DNA of 64,000 nucleotides. Origin: Candidatus Bathyarchaeota archaeon (GTDB lineage Archaea; Thermoproteota; Bathyarchaeia; 40CM-2-53-6). The notes below the pieces were generated by a model. It was not told the origin of the DNA and did not search any database. It worked only from the letters and a program-made list of their open reading frames with translations. Shown one piece after another: positions 59,768 to 64,000 of this stretch. The stretch is from positions 2,272,001 through 2,336,000 of the forward strand of contig CAVSBL010000002.1 in the NCBI GenBank assembly GCA_963726255.1. The letters run 5' to 3'. How positions within the stretch are numbered: position 1 is the first letter of the stretch; each line of letters begins with the position of its first letter. The translations under genes were made by a program, and so were the position numbers.

Positions 59768-61447
59768 TCATTCTGGTGGGATCGTCTTGAAGATTTGGTT
59801 GAAGTCGATGCCGCGTCTAATGTTGTACCATCGTACGGCTAGGTAGATGATGATGCCGGCAAGAATTGTCACGCCAGTGGCGATGAGTCCTGTCGAGATG
59901 GCGTACTCTGCGAATGAGAGGCCTGGGGTCAAAGGCGGAACCGAACCGATGACTCCTGCGAAGAGGTAGAAGGGTACTATGATTATCAACCAGATTATTG
60001 CGAGTGGAAGCAGCCACTTGCGCCAAGGTACTGCTTTTGTTAGGTCGGGGCGTCTTCTAGGCAGGAGTAGTGCGCATATTGCAGGGAACATGTACGAGGG
60101 CATGAACATCAGTGTGTTCCACCACGCGTAGTTGACTGGGTTAAAGTCCGGTGCATAGATTAGGAGCAGATAGAATATCACTCCAAGGATTCCTTCGATG
60201 AGTACTATCTTCATTGGTTGTCTGTATTTTGGATGAACTTCTGAGAACGATCTGGGAATCATTCTGTCTATGCCCCAGCTAAAGACGAGCCTATTGATGT
60301 ACAGCATGCTTGCTGGGATGACGACCCAAACACCGATGATCGCGGCTAGTCCTGCAATAACCCAAACGGGCCAGAGACTCGGCAAAGCAATGTCTAGCAG
60401 CAGCGCGTTTATCGGGGGCAGGCTAAGCGGCGCATCTCCCCGGGCGTTCCAGAATAGGAAGCTCCAACCTACAGAAAAGTGGTAGCCGAACACCGTTAGC
60501 ATCAGCCAGATGAGTCCAAGTGAGAATATTATGAAAAAGGTCAATGATCCGAGTATTGATATCGTTAGGCTCTTTTTGACGTTGCCTCTGAGTTCTCCAG
60601 CGATGGATGCCGAGTACTGGAAACCGCCCATAACGAAGAGTATGTAACCAGCCAAACCGGCCGTAGCAGCGAAGTTGTATCCGCCGTTCGGGTCGTAACC
60701 GTCCTTAATCGCGGTCTGGACGAGTTCACTGGGTGAGACTCCAACAAGCGTTTTCATGTTGCTGGCTAGGGCTGTCGAATTGACTCCGAGTGCCCCAACT
60801 CCAATGAGAATGAGGCTTGCGATAGAGATCACACCGAGCCCAGCAATTAGTCTGTAGTATTTTCTCGGGGGCATCATAACAACTAACATGCCTACTATGA
60901 TAACGGCACATCCGAGGTAGATTGAAGTTGGTGAATCCATAATCCATGGCGCTGTACTCGTGGTCACACCAGCAATTCTGAGAATGTCAACCATCTGTTT
61001 GATGTTTCTGACAGTCACCCACGCCATCCAGCTCCACACCGGAGTCCAAGACCAGACGATCATCCAAGAGTTGATCCAGCCCCAGAATGGTCCCATAAGT
61101 CGAGCCGGAATAACGTAGTCAGCCCCGCTTCTTGGCATAGTTGTTGTGAGCTGAACGTATAGGATTGCAAGAACGTAGCTCGCCAGACCAAACAGCAATA
61201 CGCCGAGTAGGTAGGGGGGCCAGCCTAGTATCAAGCCCGCGGGGAATATTCCCAAGTAGGCTACTGACCACGCGAACTTGCTCCCCATTATGTTGCCAAT
61301 GTTGAACAGTGTGGCTTGGCTTGTGTTTGCTTCCTTTATGAGCCCTGATGCTTTGCGTGCGAAGAGTTTCTCTTCAATCGATCCTGAATTCGAAGTCGAA
61401 GTGAAAATCCTCCCGAATTTTCCAAACCGCCGATGAGATTTCCGCAC
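59768..61447 (-). CDS. APC family amino acid permease
   Basis: FARKASGL, MPRSGADY, IAGEL, about 12 TM, FKTIPPE tail. Confidence 0.9.
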   Translation of the reverse strand: MRKSHRRFGKFGRIFTSTSNSGSIEEKLFARKASGLIKEANTSQATLFNIGNIMGSKFAWSVAYLGIFPAGLILGWPPYLLGVLLFGLASYVLAILYVQLTTTMPRSGADYVIPARLMGPFWGWINSWMIVWSWTPVWSWMAWVTVRNIKQMVDILRIAGVTTSTAPWIMDSPTSIYLGCAVIIVGMLVVMMPPRKYYRLIAGLGVISIASLILIGVGALGVNSTALASNMKTLVGVSPSELVQTAIKDGYDPNGGYNFAATAGLAGYILFVMGGFQYSASIAGELRGNVKKSLTISILGSLTFFIIFSLGLIWLMLTVFGYHFSVGWSFLFWNARGDAPLSLPPINALLLDIALPSLWPVWVIAGLAAIIGVWVVIPASMLYINRLVFSWGIDRMIPRSFSEVHPKYRQPMKIVLIEGILGVIFYLLLIYAPDFNPVNYAWWNTLMFMPSYMFPAICALLLPRRRPDLTKAVPWRKWLLPLAIIWLIIIVPFYLFAGVIGSVPPLTPGLSFAEYAISTGLIATGVTILAGIIIYLAVRWYNIRRGIDFNQIFKTIPPE

Positions 61448-61485
61448 GTATTTAATACTTGCCGTATCTCAGCAGAACTGTTCCA

Positions 61486-61505
61486 AATACAATACAATAC
61501 AATAC
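61486..61505. repeat. (AATAC)4 tandem repeat in a divergent promoter
   Basis: aatacaatacaatacaatac. Confidence 0.6.
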
Positions 61506-61586
61506 ACCTCGTAAATGCATTTTGTCCGTCATTCCTTCTTCCAGTGCACTAGCCGTCATTGCGCTAGTGTTTTTCAGAGGGGGGCC

Positions 61587-63395
61587 ATGGGCGAAACCAA
61601 CATATCGACGCCCTTTGTGACGAGGGCCAGTGATACGCAATTGTCGGAACCAGATGCGGTCGATGTCGTGATCATCGGAAGTGGCGGCGCTGGTCTCAGA
61701 GCTGCAATCGAAGCAGCCGACCGTGGCGCCTCCGCCATACTTGTTTCGAATGGTGGTGTAGGAAAATGCGGGGCCACAATGATTGCTGGGGCTGACATAA
61801 CGTTAGATGGCGGCGGGGCCTCGCGGATTGGTCTCACTGGAAACGAAGCTGATACCGAGAAGGCTTTCTTCCATGACATAATGGTTCAAGGATATTACCT
61901 TAACAACCAAAAACTAGTTGAGGCATATGTCCGCGACGCCCCAGCTAGAACAAAGGAGCTGATAGATTGGGGAATGAGATACAGCTGGGACGGAAAACGA
62001 GCAGTTCTAAGCCAGGGTCCGGAGATCAATAGGGTACTTACTGAGCAAGTGAAGAAACGCAACATCACTCTCCTAGAAGATGTGTATGTTACGGATCTCT
62101 TGACCCAAGGGAACACGGTTGTAGGTGCCTATGGAGTCGATGTTGAGCGGGGGATATTCAAGGAATTAAGAGCGAAAGCTGTAGTCATCGCAACTGGAGG
62201 TTGGCAGAGAGCATACTCATTCACGAGTGCCCCTGGGGGGTTATCAGGCGGGCTTCACGCAGCGGCATATAGAGCCGGAGCCGCCTTGGTCAACATGGAG
62301 ATGGTTACCTTTTGCCCTAACGTTATACTATGGCCTCCAGCATTGCGCGGCGACATTTTCCCCTACATTCTAATTGAGATGTTTGGAGACCTACTTGACA
62401 AGCGCGGACGCCCATTCTTAAGAGACGAATACGATCCGTTGATCTACAAAATCGCCACTACCACTGAGTGGAACAAACTGATCTTCTCACTAGCAGCGAC
62501 CCGCGTAGTCCTCAGAGGAGATGGGTCGCCCACTGGGGGAACATACTATTCCATCAAGACGGTTCCGCTCAATATCGTCGCAGAGGCCGAGAATATGTAT
62601 CCAGGCTGGAGGTGGATTCGCACAGACTTCTCTGAGCTCATGGATTGGTTGAAGGAAGGAAACGCGGTGGAAGTCGCGCCAGCGGCCCATTATATGGAAG
62701 GTGGCATACTAGTCGACGAACACGCGGCGACTACGCTAAAGGGTCTCTACGCTGCAGGGGAATGTTCCGGGGCATTGTTCGGAGCAAACCGTGTAGCTTC
62801 TGCGATAACGCAGATACTTGTCCAAGGAGCAATCGCAGGCAAGTCTGCCGCAGCTTCGGCCAAGAAAGTGAGCCTCCAAGCTCCTGACAAAGAACAACTA
62901 GCGAAGATTCAGTCACGACTCACACGACCGTTCACCCAGAAAAATGGCCCGCGCTCCATAGATCTGAAAAAGAAAATCAGGGAGATTGCCGACAAACATC
63001 TATGGGTTATTCGGAACAAGAAAGGGCTTGAGGAAGCTATAACCAAACTTCAATCGATTATCAAAAATGAGCTACCCCGAGTTTCAATACAGACCAAAAC
63101 GCGGGTTTACAACAAAGAATGGATTGATACAATAGAGCTCGATGGCATGGCTCTAGTGTTGCAAGCATCTGCGCAGGCAGCCCTGATGCGAACCGAAAGC
63201 AGAGGAGTTCACAACAGGGCCGACTACCCTAAGGCCGACAACGACAAATGGCTCAAAGAGATAATAGTCAGGCAAGTAAACGGCAAATTGGCTCTAAAGA
63301 CCCGGCCGGTCACGGTGACAAAGATGAAACTTCCAAGAGGGAAGTTTGGTTTCGAAGAAGGAATAGTCAAAGCCGTTAAGGAATTAGGAGAATGA
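61587..63395 (+). CDS. SdhA/FrdA/NadB-family flavoprotein (non-canonical)
   Basis: IGSGGAG, IATGG, HYMEGG, AAGE, GANR, RTESRGVH.R.DYP. Confidence 0.88.
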   Translation: MGETNISTPFVTRASDTQLSEPDAVDVVIIGSGGAGLRAAIEAADRGASAILVSNGGVGKCGATMIAGADITLDGGGASRIGLTGNEADTEKAFFHDIMVQGYYLNNQKLVEAYVRDAPARTKELIDWGMRYSWDGKRAVLSQGPEINRVLTEQVKKRNITLLEDVYVTDLLTQGNTVVGAYGVDVERGIFKELRAKAVVIATGGWQRAYSFTSAPGGLSGGLHAAAYRAGAALVNMEMVTFCPNVILWPPALRGDIFPYILIEMFGDLLDKRGRPFLRDEYDPLIYKIATTTEWNKLIFSLAATRVVLRGDGSPTGGTYYSIKTVPLNIVAEAENMYPGWRWIRTDFSELMDWLKEGNAVEVAPAAHYMEGGILVDEHAATTLKGLYAAGECSGALFGANRVASAITQILVQGAIAGKSAAASAKKVSLQAPDKEQLAKIQSRLTRPFTQKNGPRSIDLKKKIREIADKHLWVIRNKKGLEEAITKLQSIIKNELPRVSIQTKTRVYNKEWIDTIELDGMALVLQASAQAALMRTESRGVHNRADYPKADNDKWLKEIIVRQVNGKLALKTRPVTVTKMKLPRGKFGFEEGIVKAVKELGE

Positions 63396-63401
63396 AATAC
63401 G

Positions 63402-63722
63402 ATGACAACTAGGACAGTGCACGTTAAGGTCTCACGGTTCGAACCAAGCACGGACAAGGCACCGCACTTCCAGACCTACGAAGTGCCGTGGCACCCTAGG
63501 ATGACGGTGATGGACGCTTTGGATTACATATACGAGAACCTGGACCCATCCCTAGCATATCATTCCCATACATCCTGCCACAGAAGAGCCTGCGCCCGCT
63601 GCAACCTAACCGTGAACTCCAATCCAGGCCTCTCCTGCCACACAGAAATCAACGGAGACATCACCTTAGCACCATTACCCCGCTTCAAAGTGATCCGCGA
63701 CCTCGTCGTTTCAGGACTGTAG
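63402..63722 (+). CDS. 2Fe-2S protein (SdhB/FrdB N-terminal domain only)
   Basis: TVMDAL, SCHRRACARC...SC, IRDLVV then stop. Confidence 0.85.
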   Translation: MTTRTVHVKVSRFEPSTDKAPHFQTYEVPWHPRMTVMDALDYIYENLDPSLAYHSHTSCHRRACARCNLTVNSNPGLSCHTEINGDITLAPLPRFKVIRDLVVSGL

Positions 63723-63838
63723 CGAAGGCACGCGGCCAACAGCCACATTAGCACCTGTGATCTTGGCGGTATCCACAGATTCCAAACTCACTCACAGGTT
63801 TTCTTTATCTACATGCTATCGACCCCCTATGATGGAGT

Positions 63839-64000
63839 CTGGCTGCACTGAAATCTCCAATTCCCAAAGTTGAATTTGAGCGGAGGCTGAGCACAACTCG
63901 CCAAGCGTTAGCTAATTCAGGATTTGACGCAGCGCTTGCAGTGTCTGGTTACGGTGAGCGGGACGGGAATGTGTGCTATTTGTGTGGGCACAAGAACGCT
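63839..64000 (+). CDS. M24/creatinase-N family protein (partial, runs off window end)
   Basis: Hand translation IPKVEFERRLSTTRQALANSGFDAALAVSGYGERDGNVCYLCG matches the creatinase-N pattern. Confidence 0.6.
   Translation, partial: MAALKSPIPKVEFERRLSTTRQALANSGFDAALAVSGYGERDGNVCYLCGHKNA

Noticed and set aside
63941-64000. HNH nuclease suggested by RDGNVCYLCG
   Set aside because: The upstream frame fits the creatinase-N pattern (EF..RL...R......G.DA...N..YL.G) better.

Overview
Gene-dense, mostly metabolic 64 kb window that looks archaeal (inferred, probably Bathyarchaeia/TACK-like). Evidence: short intergenic spacers, frequent TTG/GTG starts, GGAGGTGA-type Shine-Dalgarno sites, oligo-T terminators, and archaeal KaiC-like and HtpX families. 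1-13 kb: an M24 hydrolase, an fdrA-ylbF-ylbE (AllFGH-like) operon and glyoxylate/amino-acid enzymes. 13-15.5 kb: a decayed integration scar (tRNA 3' half fused to an integrase remnant, repeats around pheA). 15.6-18.4 kb: heme o synthase, a CuA-like cupredoxin and a Cys-motif membrane protein. 22-26 kb: an HtpX/Zn-ribbon/SPFH module and a protamine-like ORF. At 29046-29274 lies an unexplained, highly structured ~230-nt RNA-like element abutting a PD-(D/E)XK-like gene; this is the best candidate for an undescribed system. 45-56 kb: a Dpp/Opp ABC importer flanked by two C45 Ntn-hydrolases. 56-64 kb: a MOCOS-like PLP enzyme, a nucleotidyltransferase/metallophosphoesterase pair, an APC permease and a non-canonical SdhA-like flavoprotein with a 2Fe-2S-only partner. 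Several micro-ORFs below the 60-aa track cutoff were found by hand. No rRNA, complete tRNA or CRISPR array was seen. All product calls come from motif recognition, not database searches.
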